Positions 20,633 through 30,297 of a stretch of 64,000 bases of DNA are shown piece after piece (within the stretch, counting starts at the first letter, position 1; every line of letters begins with the position of its first letter). The DNA comes from an uncultured delta proteobacterium. GTDB taxonomy: Bacteria > Desulfobacterota > Binatia > Binatales > Binataceae. The notes under the pieces are model-generated. The model was not told the origin of the DNA. It did not search any database and was given only the letters and a program-made list of their open reading frames with translations. The translations under genes and the position numbers were made by a program. The stretch lies in the NCBI GenBank assembly GCA_963842085.1, contig CAWJET010000002.1, positions 512,001 to 576,000 on the forward strand, in the 5' to 3' direction.

Positions 20633-21580
20633 TCACGCTTTGGCGGCTGCGGCAGGCTGCGCGACGGCCTTCAACGACGCGAGATCTTCGAGCGGGCGCA
20701 CGCGAATCGTCCTGTACATCCGACGCATCAGGCCCATCAGCACGCGCCCGCAGCCAAATTCGATCGCGTCGGTAACGCCGCTGCGGGCCACGACACCCAT
20801 CGATTCTTCCCATCTTACCGGCGCGGTTATCTGCTCGAGCAGCAGCGGCACGACGCGGGCGGGATCGCGATTCACTTCGGCGGTGACATTCGCGATCACG
20901 CCGAACTTAAACTCGCCGACCTTGAGTGCGCGCAGCACCGGTTCCATCCCATCGCGCGCGGGTTGCATCAGCGGACAATGAAACGGCGCGCTGACCTTCA
21001 ACTCGACAGACATCGACGCACCCCACTCTTTGGCAATTTCCAGCGCGCGGCGGACTGGCGCCGCATGTCCGGCGATGACGACCTGGCCGGGCGCGTTGAG
21101 ATTCGCGGGCACGGCGAGTTTGCCGCCGCCGGTGACTTCCGCGCAGATGTCCTGCACCTGCTGCAGCTCGAGGCCTATCAGCGCCGCCATCGCACCCTGC
21201 CCCGGCGGCACGGCCTCCTGCATCAGGCGTCCACGCTCGCGCACCGCACGGATCGCGTCGGCAAACCCAATCGCGCCGGCCGCGACCAACGCGCTGTATT
21301 CGCCAAGACTATGGCCCGCCGCGATTTCCGGTTCGCCGCCGATTTCATTGCGATAGACGCGCAGCGCCGCTATCGAAGCTGCCACGATCGCGGGCTGAGT
21401 ATTGGCCGTCAGCCGCAATTCTTCTTCGGGACCTTCGAAGCAGAGCCTGGAGAGCGGAAACCCCAGCGTGTCGTCGGCTTCCTTGAAGGTGTCGCGCGCG
21501 GCGGCGAAGTTATCCGCGAGCTCCTTGCCCATCCCGACCCGCTGCGATCCCTGCCCGGGAAAAAGAAACGCCAGCTTCAT
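20633..21580 (-). CDS. fabD: Malonyl-CoA:ACP transacylase
   Basis: FPGQGSQ, TQPAI, GHSLGEY, VSAPFH. Confidence 0.97.
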   Translation of the reverse strand: MKLAFLFPGQGSQRVGMGKELADNFAAARDTFKEADDTLGFPLSRLCFEGPEEELRLTANTQPAIVAASIAALRVYRNEIGGEPEIAAGHSLGEYSALVAAGAIGFADAIRAVRERGRLMQEAVPPGQGAMAALIGLELQQVQDICAEVTGGGKLAVPANLNAPGQVVIAGHAAPVRRALEIAKEWGASMSVELKVSAPFHCPLMQPARDGMEPVLRALKVGEFKFGVIANVTAEVNRDPARVVPLLLEQITAPVRWEESMGVVARSGVTDAIEFGCGRVLMGLMRRMYRTIRVRPLEDLASLKAVAQPAAAAKA

Positions 21581-21594
21581 CTAGCGCCGGCGCC

Positions 21595-23007
21595 TCACGA
21601 ATCGCTCTTCGGACGATCCGGCGAATGAGTGCCCGCGTCGGATTCGTCGCGCGTGTGCAATTCGCCGGATTTGTGCGTTCTGTCGCCGGCAGCCGTGCCG
21701 TTCGTCGACGTTGTCGCCGCGCCGGCGTCAGGGGATTCGGCCCGCGCTGCATCCTTCAACGCGCCACTGCCGCGCGAGCGAGAGTGCGTGGATTCGTAGT
21801 TGGCGCGCTCGATTTTGGGATCGGCGAGATAGTCCGCCGCGTGCGGCGGCGGCTCCCGCAGCGTGCCGGTATCGCCCGCCGGCGCGGGACGCGAGTCGTC
21901 GCGCCTGGCCGCCTCGCCTTCCTTGTCGCGGCGATGCAACCGTTCGCGCATTTTGCCGAACAGCGCGCGGATTCCCTTGCCGGCAGCCGGCTTCACCGGC
22001 CCGACCGGCTGAATCTTGGCAAGGATTTCCAGAATCTCGGCGTTCACGTTATGCACGAGTTGTTCGTTCGCCGCGGCTCGAATCGCATTTCGGATCGCCT
22101 TGGGATTCGACGAACCGTGCGCGATGATCGACACGCCACTGACGCCGAGCAGTGGTGCGCCGCCGTATTCCGACGGATCGAGCCGCTCGCGCATCGCGCT
22201 CAGATTCTTTCTCACCAGCAGGTACGCCAGCCGTGTGCGCCACTTTCCGCCGAACATCTCGCGCAGGCTGCCGAGCAGGAACGCGGAGAACCCTTCCATC
22301 GTCTTGAGCGCGACGTTGCCGGTGAATCCGTCGGTGACGACGACGTCCGCCTTGCCGCGGTTGATGTCGCGCCCCTCGACGTACCCGATGTAATGCACGT
22401 AGGTCGGCATCTGCTCGAGCATCGCGGCCGCGGCGCGCGTGATGTCGGTGCCTTTCGAGCGCTCCTCGCCGTTGGAGAGAATCCCGACGCGCGGCCGCGA
22501 GACGTTGCGCACGTAACGCCAGTACACGCTCCCCATCACGGCGAATTGCACGAGGTTAACCGGCTTCACGTCGGTATTGGCGCCCGCGTCGATCAGCAGG
22601 CTGAAACCCTCGCTGGTCGGCACCAGCGACGCGATCGCGGGCCGATCGACGTGCATGAGGTTGCCAAGGATCATCATCGACGCCGTCATCACGGCACCCG
22701 AATTTCCGGCGCTGACAAACGCGCTGGCGTCGCCGCGCTTGACCAGGTCGAGTCCGACGTGAATCGAGGAGCGCGGCTTGGACAGCACCGATTCGAGCGG
22801 CGAGTCGTCCATCAGAACGACTTCGGGCGCGTGCTCGATTCGGATTGGCAGGTTGGCGGCTTCGTGGTCGGCGAGCTCGCGCGCGAGGACCTCGCCGTCG
22901 CCCACCATCACGACCTCGATGCCGAAGTCGCGCGCTGCCAGGACGGCGCCCTCAACGGTCGCCTTGGGAGCGAGATCGCCCCCCATCGCGTCGAGCGCGA
23001 TTTTCAC
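21595..23007 (-). CDS. plsX: Phosphate acyltransferase PlsX with long C-terminal extension
   Basis: IALDAMGGD, SAGNSGA, DAGAN, GEE..KG, DGFTGNVALK, HGSS; ~130 extra C-terminal residues. Confidence 0.96.
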   Translation of the reverse strand: MKIALDAMGGDLAPKATVEGAVLAARDFGIEVVMVGDGEVLARELADHEAANLPIRIEHAPEVVLMDDSPLESVLSKPRSSIHVGLDLVKRGDASAFVSAGNSGAVMTASMMILGNLMHVDRPAIASLVPTSEGFSLLIDAGANTDVKPVNLVQFAVMGSVYWRYVRNVSRPRVGILSNGEERSKGTDITRAAAAMLEQMPTYVHYIGYVEGRDINRGKADVVVTDGFTGNVALKTMEGFSAFLLGSLREMFGGKWRTRLAYLLVRKNLSAMRERLDPSEYGGAPLLGVSGVSIIAHGSSNPKAIRNAIRAAANEQLVHNVNAEILEILAKIQPVGPVKPAAGKGIRALFGKMRERLHRRDKEGEAARRDDSRPAPAGDTGTLREPPPHAADYLADPKIERANYESTHSRSRGSGALKDAARAESPDAGAATTSTNGTAAGDRTHKSGELHTRDESDAGTHSPDRPKSDS

Positions 23008-23025
23008 GGTCGTACTCCGCCGCGC

Positions 23026-23205
23026 CTATTCCTTTATCTCCGCGAGCTGGCGGCCGCGGTAGGCGCCGCAATGGCGGCAGATGCGATGCGGCATCACGGG
23101 CTCGCCGCACGCCGCGCAGATGCCGGGGTTGACGGCCCGCAGCGCATCATGCGCGCGGCGCATGTTTTTCTTCGAGTGCGAAGTTCGGCGTTTGGGTGCT
23201 TGCAT
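23026..23205 (-). CDS. rpmF: 50S ribosomal protein L32 (Zn-ribbon form)
   Basis: Manual translation MQAPKRRTSHSKKNMRRAHDAL...CAACGEPVMPHRICRHCGAYRGR; 59 aa, not in the ORF track. Confidence 0.95.
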   Translation of the reverse strand: MQAPKRRTSHSKKNMRRAHDALRAVNPGICAACGEPVMPHRICRHCGAYRGRQLAEIKE

Positions 23206-23233
23206 GACGAATTACTTCCTGGTGTTGAGCTTA

Positions 23234-23767
23234 TCAGGTGCGCGGCAGTTTAAGCGACCGGATTGCTTCCAGCCGCGGATCGAGGGTTTCCACGCGGCAT
23301 TCGCAGGCGCTGCGATTCAGATTCACCCCGCAATGCGGGCACAGGCCGCGGCAGTCCTCCTGGCACAGCGGACGCGTGGGCAAGGCCAGCAGCACTTGCT
23401 CGCGAATCAGCGGGCTCAAGTCCACCTCGTCGCCCTCGTACAGCGAAAATTCCAGGTCCTCCGCACGAAGATTGTCGTCGTCATAGCCGATCGCCTTGGG
23501 CGACAGCACGAAACGAAACGGCCGGTCGCCGTCTGCGTCGAAATCCTCGGCGCATCGCGCGCACACGGCCCGAGTCCTGGTCTTCAGGTCGCCCGCGAAG
23601 AACAGTTCCGTCCCCGCGCGATAATAGGACACCGACACGTCAACCGGCCCTTCCAGGTGATATTCGCGGATCGGCCCGTCGCCCAGGATACGGTTGATTT
23701 CCTGCTCCGGCTCGGCAAACGCCATCTCTTTGGCATCCGCCGTTATGTCCTCGATTCGGATTTTCAC
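23234..23767 (-). CDS. yceD: YceD/DUF177 family protein
   Basis: CARC, LIREQVLLALP, LCQEDCRGLCPHCG.NLN, DPRL; precedes rpmF. Confidence 0.93.
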   Translation of the reverse strand: MKIRIEDITADAKEMAFAEPEQEINRILGDGPIREYHLEGPVDVSVSYYRAGTELFFAGDLKTRTRAVCARCAEDFDADGDRPFRFVLSPKAIGYDDDNLRAEDLEFSLYEGDEVDLSPLIREQVLLALPTRPLCQEDCRGLCPHCGVNLNRSACECRVETLDPRLEAIRSLKLPRT

Positions 23768-23913
23768 TTTTCACGGCTCACGTGACGCGTTGGACGGGAT
23801 TGGTGGGACAAGAATTATTGCATTTCGAGCGCGATGTTCAAATATGCCGGTTGGCGCAGCCGCGGCTTTCGCTGTAGCGTCGGGAATAATTTCGTCGTCG
23901 AGGTGCTTTTGCG

Positions 23914-25173
23914 ATGGCTACCGACCGCTTCACCTTTCCCCCGAATTTTCTCTGGGGAACCGCCACTGCCGCCCACCAGGTCGAGGGCAACAACGTCAAC
24001 TGCGACTACTGGCTGCTCGAGCACGCGCCCGGCTCGCCGTTCGTCGAGCCGTCGGGCGACGCGTGCGACCAGTACCATCTCTACGCCGACGACATCGCGA
24101 TGCTCGCGCGGCTCGGCTTCAATGCCTATCGCTTCTCGATCGAATGGGCCCGCATCGAGCCCGAGCCCGGCGAGTTCTCGCGCGCCGCCCTCGACCATTA
24201 CCGGCGCGTGCTCGGCTGCTGCCACGAGCACAAGATCACGCCGGTCGTGACGTTTCATCATTTCACTTCGCCGCGATGGGTTACCGGCGACGGCGGATGG
24301 GAAGACAAAAAAACCGCCGAGCTATTCGCGAGATACTGCGAGCGCGCGGCCGCGCATCTTGGCGACCTGATCGGCGTCGCATGTACGATCAACGAGGCTA
24401 ATCTGAGTGCCTACCAATATTTGATCGGCACGATGCCGCTGAAGCTCGACCCGTCGCGCCTGAACTGGCTCTCAGAGGCGGCGCGGCGCATCGGCGCCGA
24501 TCCGAATCGCTTCGCCCCGTACCTGATGTGCGATCAGATGAAGGCGCGCGATGTGATGCTCGAGGCGCATCGCCTCGCCGCCGCCGCGCTCAAATCGTCA
24601 CGGGGCAAATATCCGGTGGGAATCTGCCTCGCGCTCGGCGATCTCCAGGCCGCGCCCGGCGGCGAGGTTCGACGCGATCGCATCAAGGCCGAATGCCAGG
24701 ACATTTTTTACGAGGCGGCGCGCGGCGACGACTACATCGGCGTCCAGACCTACACGCGCAATCGCATCGGCGCCGAGGGCACCCTGCGCCCGGAAGCCGG
24801 CGTCGAGACCACGATGATGGGTTACGAGTTCTTGCCCGAAGCGCTCGAAGCGACGATCCGCCAGGCCAGCGCAATAGCAAAAGTTCCGGTCATCGTCACC
24901 GAAAATGGCATTGGCACCGACAAGGACGATCGCCGGATCGAGTACGTGCGGCGCGCCCTGAACGGCGTCGCGCGATGCATCCGCGACGGCATCGACGTCC
25001 GCGGCTACTGCTACTGGTCGCTGCTCGACAACTTCGAGTGGAACTCAGGCTACCGCCCAACCTTCGGCCTGGTCGCCGTAGATCGCCAAACCCAGACGCG
25101 CTCGCTCAAACCAAGCGCACAATGGCTCGGCAACCTAGCCCGCGCCAACGCTATGGACATCGCAGGCGACTGA
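23914..25173 (+). CDS. Glycoside hydrolase family 1 (beta-glucosidase)
   Basis: FLWGTATAAHQVEG, YRFSIEWARIEP, TINE acid/base, VTENG nucleophile, WSLLDNFEW. Confidence 0.95.
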   Translation: MATDRFTFPPNFLWGTATAAHQVEGNNVNCDYWLLEHAPGSPFVEPSGDACDQYHLYADDIAMLARLGFNAYRFSIEWARIEPEPGEFSRAALDHYRRVLGCCHEHKITPVVTFHHFTSPRWVTGDGGWEDKKTAELFARYCERAAAHLGDLIGVACTINEANLSAYQYLIGTMPLKLDPSRLNWLSEAARRIGADPNRFAPYLMCDQMKARDVMLEAHRLAAAALKSSRGKYPVGICLALGDLQAAPGGEVRRDRIKAECQDIFYEAARGDDYIGVQTYTRNRIGAEGTLRPEAGVETTMMGYEFLPEALEATIRQASAIAKVPVIVTENGIGTDKDDRRIEYVRRALNGVARCIRDGIDVRGYCYWSLLDNFEWNSGYRPTFGLVAVDRQTQTRSLKPSAQWLGNLARANAMDIAGD

Positions 25174-25194
25174 GAAGGTCCCTGCCCTCTTTTG

Positions 25195-25222
25195 TGTCAT
25201 TCTGAGCGAAGCGAAGAATCTC
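25195..25222. repeat. Short family A REP overlapping the nth stop codon
   Basis: TGTCATTCTGAGCGAAGCGAAGAATCTC. Confidence 0.7.
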
Positions 25223-25910
25223 GGCGGACGCTCCTGCGACCGGCCCCAGCGCGCACCCTCCCCACTCCAATCCTCGGGCAATCCGCGACGATTGCACAAA
25301 CCTCGCACAGCGGCTTGCGCGCGAGGCAAATCTGGCGCCCATGCAGAATCAGGCGCATCGAGAACGGCGTCCAATCTCGCGCCGGCAGAATCTTCTGCAT
25401 GTCGATTTCAATCCTCGCGGGATCCGTATTCTTCGTGAATCCCAGCCGATACGTCAGCCGCCGCACATGCGTGTCCACGACGAACCCGGGCTTGCCGAAG
25501 ATATGCCCGAGAATCACGTTCGCAGTCTTGCGCCCGACGCCCGGAATCTTCACCAGCGCGTCCATCTCGGACGGAACCTCGCCGCCGTAGTCCTCGACGA
25601 TCTTCCGCGCCGCGCCCATCAGCGAGCGCGTTTTCTGGCGAAAGAACCCGGTCTTGACGATTAACTCTTCGACGTGGCGCGGATCCGCCGCCGCCATCGC
25701 GCGCGCGTCGGGGTACTCGCGGAACAGCCTCGGCGTTACGCGATTGACGCCCGCGTCGGTGGACTGCGCCGACAGGATCGTCGCCGCCAGGCATTGCCAC
25801 GGCGTTTCGAAATCAAGGCTGATGCGCGCTTGGGGATACAGCTTCGCAAGCGCGCGTGACACTCGGCCCGCGCGTTTCTTCAACTCCGCGACCGATTCGC
25901 GTGCCGCCAT
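25197..25910 (-). CDS. nth: Endonuclease III
   Basis: ILSAQSTD, PGVGRKTANV, VDTHV, C-x6-C-x2-C-x5-C 4Fe-4S motif. Confidence 0.96.
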   Translation of the reverse strand: MAARESVAELKKRAGRVSRALAKLYPQARISLDFETPWQCLAATILSAQSTDAGVNRVTPRLFREYPDARAMAAADPRHVEELIVKTGFFRQKTRSLMGAARKIVEDYGGEVPSEMDALVKIPGVGRKTANVILGHIFGKPGFVVDTHVRRLTYRLGFTKNTDPARIEIDMQKILPARDWTPFSMRLILHGRQICLARKPLCEVCAIVADCPRIGVGRVRAGAGRRSVRRDSSLRSE

Positions 25911-25916
25911 GACCGC

Positions 25917-27545
25917 TCACGCCACGACGCGCCGGCTCTGCTGCTCATGCGTGAAGCGCGCGACTTCGCCGTCCTCGCGCGCGCGGTCCCATCCGAGCTC
26001 GGCCGCCATGATTCGCGCGACGGCGGGTGCCGCCGCCTCCGCCTCGACCGGCGAGCGCCACGACAGCGACGTGCGCCGAATCAGAAAATCTGCCACCGAA
26101 TGCGCCATCTCGCTGCTGACCGCATTTACGACTTCGGCGCCAATCGCAGGACAGTTGCGCGATAGCGGCTCGGCGAGTTCGGGCCGGCGCGATGCTATCC
26201 GCGCGACGATCGGCGCGCGCGTCCCGTAACGCGCCTTCAGAATTTCAGCCGCCGCGGCCGGGATACTTCGCATCGCCGCGCCGCCGCCTGACTCATCGCC
26301 CACAGCCAACGGCCGCGCGCCGGGAAACGGCGTCGCGAGCGTCGGACAGATTCCTGCCGGCCGGCCGAGCCTCTTCATCACGAGATCGACGAGCTTCTGC
26401 GCGATCTCGCGATGCGTCGTGAACTTGCCGCCCGCCACCGTGATCATGCCCGACGCGCTCTCGAGGATCACTTCCTCGCGCGGCACCGCTGACGGCGCCG
26501 CGCCGTCCTTCTCCCGGATAAGCGCACGCAGTCCGGCAAAGCTCGTCGCCACGTCGGCGTTCATCAGCTTGATTCCCGGCAGACTCTCGGCCAGCACCGC
26601 GAGCAGATATTCGACATCGCCAATCTCGGTCCTGACGCTTGCCGGGTCGCCCGCAAAATCCGTGTCGGTCGTGCCGACCAGTACGTAGCGGTCATGCGGC
26701 ATCACGAACACGATCCGGCCGCGCTCGTCGGCGAGCACCAGCGATTCCCGCACCGGCAAAATCGTTCGCGCGAACACCAGGTGCACGCCCTTGGTCAAGC
26801 GCACGCACGGCTTCGCCGCGGGATCGTCCATCCGCCGTATCTCGTCCACCCACGGCCCGCCGGCGTTCAGGAACTTCTTCGCGCGAACCTCGCCGACGGC
26901 TCCGCCGAGCAGATCGCGCAAGCTCGCCGACGCGATCCTGCCGCCGGCCATGTTGAACTTCTCGACCGCCATGTAATTCGCCACTGCCGCGTCGTGCAAG
27001 TCCGCGTCGAGCACGTTCTCGAACGTGACCCGCGCGTCGTCGGCCCACGCGTCGAAGTACATCGCGCCGCCCGTCAAGCCGTCGCGGCTGAGTGCGGGCT
27101 CCGTCTCGCGCACCTCGGCCGCATTGAGACTCGAGTGCCACTCCTTGAACGGAATCCGCGCGAACAGGTCGTACAGCGTCAGTCCCATCGCCATCGTGAA
27201 ACGATTGAAGCCGCGGCGCCGATAAACAGGGAAAAGAAATTGAATCGGATGCACCAGATGCGGCGCGGTGCGATGACGCAGGCGCTCGCGCTCGCGCAGC
27301 GCCTCGTACACGAGCTTGAACTGTCCCTGCGGTAGATAGCGAAAGCCGCCGTGAATCAGCTTCGATGATCGCGACGAGGTGGCGCCCGCGAAATCGCCGC
27401 GCTCGATCAGCGCGACCCGCAAGCCGCGCATCGACGCGTCGCGCGCGACGGCCGCGCCATTGATACCCGCGCCGATTACCGCGAGGTCGAATTCCTCGTC
27501 GCGAAATCGCGCCAAGCTCTTTTGACGGTTCAGGGTCGAGGCCAA
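25917..27545 (-). CDS. glpD: FAD-dependent glycerol-3-phosphate dehydrogenase
   Basis: GAGING, TSSRSSKLIHGG.RYL, KGVHL, GTTD, GGKFTT.R. Confidence 0.93.
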   Translation of the reverse strand: MASTLNRQKSLARFRDEEFDLAVIGAGINGAAVARDASMRGLRVALIERGDFAGATSSRSSKLIHGGFRYLPQGQFKLVYEALRERERLRHRTAPHLVHPIQFLFPVYRRRGFNRFTMAMGLTLYDLFARIPFKEWHSSLNAAEVRETEPALSRDGLTGGAMYFDAWADDARVTFENVLDADLHDAAVANYMAVEKFNMAGGRIASASLRDLLGGAVGEVRAKKFLNAGGPWVDEIRRMDDPAAKPCVRLTKGVHLVFARTILPVRESLVLADERGRIVFVMPHDRYVLVGTTDTDFAGDPASVRTEIGDVEYLLAVLAESLPGIKLMNADVATSFAGLRALIREKDGAAPSAVPREEVILESASGMITVAGGKFTTHREIAQKLVDLVMKRLGRPAGICPTLATPFPGARPLAVGDESGGGAAMRSIPAAAAEILKARYGTRAPIVARIASRRPELAEPLSRNCPAIGAEVVNAVSSEMAHSVADFLIRRTSLSWRSPVEAEAAAPAVARIMAAELGWDRAREDGEVARFTHEQQSRRVVA

Positions 27546-27557
27546 CGCATTCGACCG

Positions 27558-28163
27558 TCAGTCTTCCGGGTCTTCCTGGAACGAGTAGCGCTCCTCGGTC
27601 CACGGGTGGGCATGGTTGTGATAGCCGCGCACTTCCCAGAAGCCGCGCCGGTCGATATCGGCAAACTCTATTGCACGCACCCACTTGGCGCTCTTCCATC
27701 CGTACAACTTCGGCACCACCAGCCGCAGCGGAAACCCGTGATCGGGTTCGAGCTCGCGCCCGTCATGCCGATACGCCAGCATCACGTCCTCATCGATAAA
27801 TTCGTTCAGCGGCAGATTGGTCGTGTAGCCGCCGTCGCAATGGATTATCACGTGGCGCGCTTCGGGACTGAGCTTCACCAGCTTGATCAGGTCCGCGACC
27901 CGGACGCCCTCCCACGCATTGTCGAGCCGCGACCACGTCGTCACGCAATGAAAATCCGAAACCTGGTGCGACTGCGGCAGCGCGCGGAATTCCTCGTACG
28001 AAAATCGCAGCGGCTTCTCGACCAGGCCCACAACCTTGAAATCCCACGTCCTGGGATCGAAGCGCGGCGTTGGTCCGTAGCTCAGGACGGGAAATTTGTC
28101 AGTCAGGACCTGTCCCGGCGGGACCCGCGCGGCAACGTCCTGCGCGATGCGCGGCTTTGCCAT
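27558..28163 (-). CDS. Sulfite oxidase-like molybdopterin oxidoreductase (MsrP/YedY-like; no Tat signal seen)
   Basis: PPGQ....FPVL, DFHCVT.WS, HGFPLRLVVP..YGWKSAKW, GFWE..GYH. Confidence 0.92.
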   Translation of the reverse strand: MAKPRIAQDVAARVPPGQVLTDKFPVLSYGPTPRFDPRTWDFKVVGLVEKPLRFSYEEFRALPQSHQVSDFHCVTTWSRLDNAWEGVRVADLIKLVKLSPEARHVIIHCDGGYTTNLPLNEFIDEDVMLAYRHDGRELEPDHGFPLRLVVPKLYGWKSAKWVRAIEFADIDRRGFWEVRGYHNHAHPWTEERYSFQEDPED

Positions 28164-28312
28164 ACGCGTGACTATTATCCGACCGGTAGATCTGGCGAAA
28201 GAGTCGAGCGCAGCTTGAATCGCACGCACGCGCGAGGAATCTAACCCCTGGCCCCTTCCCGCGCAGGAAGGCGAACCAGACGCGCAGAAGCGCCGTCACA
28301 TTTACCCTTCCA

Positions 28313-29437
28313 TCATCCCCGCGACATCGCGCGCACGATCGCCGCCGTCACCTCCTGCGTCGAAGCTTTGCCGCCTACGTCGCGCGTCAACACCTTGCCC
28401 GACCGCAGCACCGACGCCGTCGCGGCGCGAATCTTCTCGCCGGCTGCGCGATAGCCGAGGTAGTCCAGCATCATCGCGCTCGACAGGATCATCGCTATCG
28501 GATTGGCGACGCCCTTGCCCGCGATATCCGGCGCCGTCCCGTGCACCGCTTCGAAGATCGCGCCCTTGTCGCCGTAATTCGCGCCCGGCACCAGCCCCAA
28601 TCCTCCGACCAGCCCGGCGCACAGGTCCGAAACGATGTCGCCGTAGAGATTTTCCAGCAGCAGCACGTCGAACGATTCGGGATGCGTCACCAGCCGCATG
28701 CAGGCCGCGTCGACGATCTGTTCCTGGTAGCGAATCGACGGATAGCCCGCCGACACCGCGCGCGCGCATTTCAGGAACAGGCCGTCCGACAGCTTCATGA
28801 TGTTGGCTTTGTGAATCGCCGTGATCGATAGCCGCCGATGCTGCCGCGCATAGTCGAACGCGAACTTCGCGATCCGTCGCGACGCGCGCGCCGTGATCAC
28901 CTTGATACTCTCGACCACGCCCGGCGCGATCTCGTGCTCGATTCCCGAGTACAAATCTTCCGTGTTCTCGCGCACCACGATCAGATTCACGTTGCGAAAC
29001 GGCGTCTGCACGCCGGCAAAGCTCATCGTCGGACGCACGTTGGCGTAGAGGTCGAACGTGCGCCGCAGATGCACGTTGATCGAGCGCCATCCTTCCGCTA
29101 CGCGCGTCTCGAGCGGCCCCTTGAGCGCCACCCCGGTGCGCTTGAGCGATTTGATCAGCGCGTCCGGCACCGGAGTGCCGAAGCGTCGGAACGCGTTCAT
29201 TCCCGCCGCCTGCCGATCCCATGCGAGGTTGATTCCAGTCGCCTCGATCACTGTGAGCGCCGCGCTCACCACTTCCGGCCCGACACCGTCGCCCGGAATC
29301 AACGTGACTGCGCGACCCGGTTGCGGCCTGGCGCGTCGCGACGTCGACGCGATCGACCCCAACGAGGTCGGGATTGATGCGGTTGCAGCGGATTTTTCGG
29401 TCACGGTATTCCGGTCTAAGTGATCGGAGCGTGCCAA
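28313..29437 (-). CDS. Isocitrate/isopropylmalate dehydrogenase family protein (IDH3-like)
   Basis: [49 protein letters not shown]; start position uncertain. Confidence 0.9.
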   Translation of the reverse strand: MARSDHLDRNTVTEKSAATASIPTSLGSIASTSRRARPQPGRAVTLIPGDGVGPEVVSAALTVIEATGINLAWDRQAAGMNAFRRFGTPVPDALIKSLKRTGVALKGPLETRVAEGWRSINVHLRRTFDLYANVRPTMSFAGVQTPFRNVNLIVVRENTEDLYSGIEHEIAPGVVESIKVITARASRRIAKFAFDYARQHRRLSITAIHKANIMKLSDGLFLKCARAVSAGYPSIRYQEQIVDAACMRLVTHPESFDVLLLENLYGDIVSDLCAGLVGGLGLVPGANYGDKGAIFEAVHGTAPDIAGKGVANPIAMILSSAMMLDYLGYRAAGEKIRAATASVLRSGKVLTRDVGGKASTQEVTAAIVRAMSRG

Positions 29438-29477
29438 TCAACGATTGAAGACTCGAACGACAGACAGTGAAAGATTG

Positions 29478-29518
29478 AAAAAACGAAGCCCGGCCGGTCG
29501 TCGAGACCGCCGGGCTTC
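29478..29518 (-). terminator. Rho-independent terminator
   Basis: GAAGCCCGGC..GGTC / GACC..GCCGGGCTTC hairpin followed by a T-run on the minus strand, downstream of the 29574 stop. Confidence 0.7.
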
Positions 29519-29573
29519 ATATCTGGCTCAGGTTTCGCGTCGAGCCGCTTGCGGTGGCTCGCCACGTCACAAA

Positions 29574-30121
29574 CTACGGGCAGGTCACTGTCAGATGAAA
29601 TGAACCATCCGCTGCAACACCGGCTGCGCTGAAGGTTGAGACGGTGACATCGTCCGGGCTGTCTCCATCCGTATCGCCCGTAACGGTAATCTCGCCCGCA
29701 GGTGCCGCCACCGTTCCTGTCCCGCCGAGTGTGGCCTGATAGGCGCACTTGCTCACATCTTTCCCGAAATTGACCTCGTATATGCCTGAGTCGGTGACAT
29801 GCGAATCACCCTCGACTACCGAGGCGCTGCTGGCGCGCGCGATGCTGCCGTCCGAATTGACCACCGCCCAGTTGTTCTGACCTTGCAGATCGGCGACGTC
29901 GCCCCTGCAGCGTTGTCACCTCGCCCATCAGCGTGGCTACCTAGGCTTGCAGCGTGACGATCAAGGCCTCATCAGCCTCGACTCGATCCTCCAATCCCGG
30001 AAGCCCGCCCTTCTGCGACTCTCCGGGATCACCGCCTTTATTTTTACCGTTGCCATTTCCGGCCCATGCCGGCGAGCTGAGCGCGACTGCGAGCAGGATG
30101 CTTCCCAGGGCTGCGCTTCAT
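29574..30121 (-). pseudogene. Disrupted secreted coiled-coil protein with C-terminal beta domain
   Basis: GGAGG RBS and ATG at 30121; extra base near 30108, in-frame TAG at 29941-29943, extra base near 29903; reconstructed signal peptide, heptads and WAVVNSDG...GIYEVNF domain. Confidence 0.7.
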
Positions 30122-30297
30122 TGTGTTTCCTCCGTTGTCTAGATGAGTGTTTAGTGCAACCACCTTAAATGCTAGTCAAAATAGTTTTTCGAGACAAATT
30201 TTAAGCGTTGGCCAAATCAATCTTTATGATGCTTAGGCTCGTTCTTGCTAACCGCTTGAGACGCGCTGAACGCGCTGATGGCGCCGGGCTGCCCTGC

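Noticed and set aside
28241-28275. CTAACCCCTGGCCCCTTCCCGCGCAGGAAGG as another family B copy; also a degenerate family A end at 13852
   Set aside because: Similarity is short and degenerate; noted but not called as features.
29941-29943. In-frame TAG as pyrrolysine or programmed readthrough
   Set aside because: The same gene has two further frameshifts, the codon fits a CAG-to-TAG change in a Gln-containing heptad, and no pyl genes are seen.
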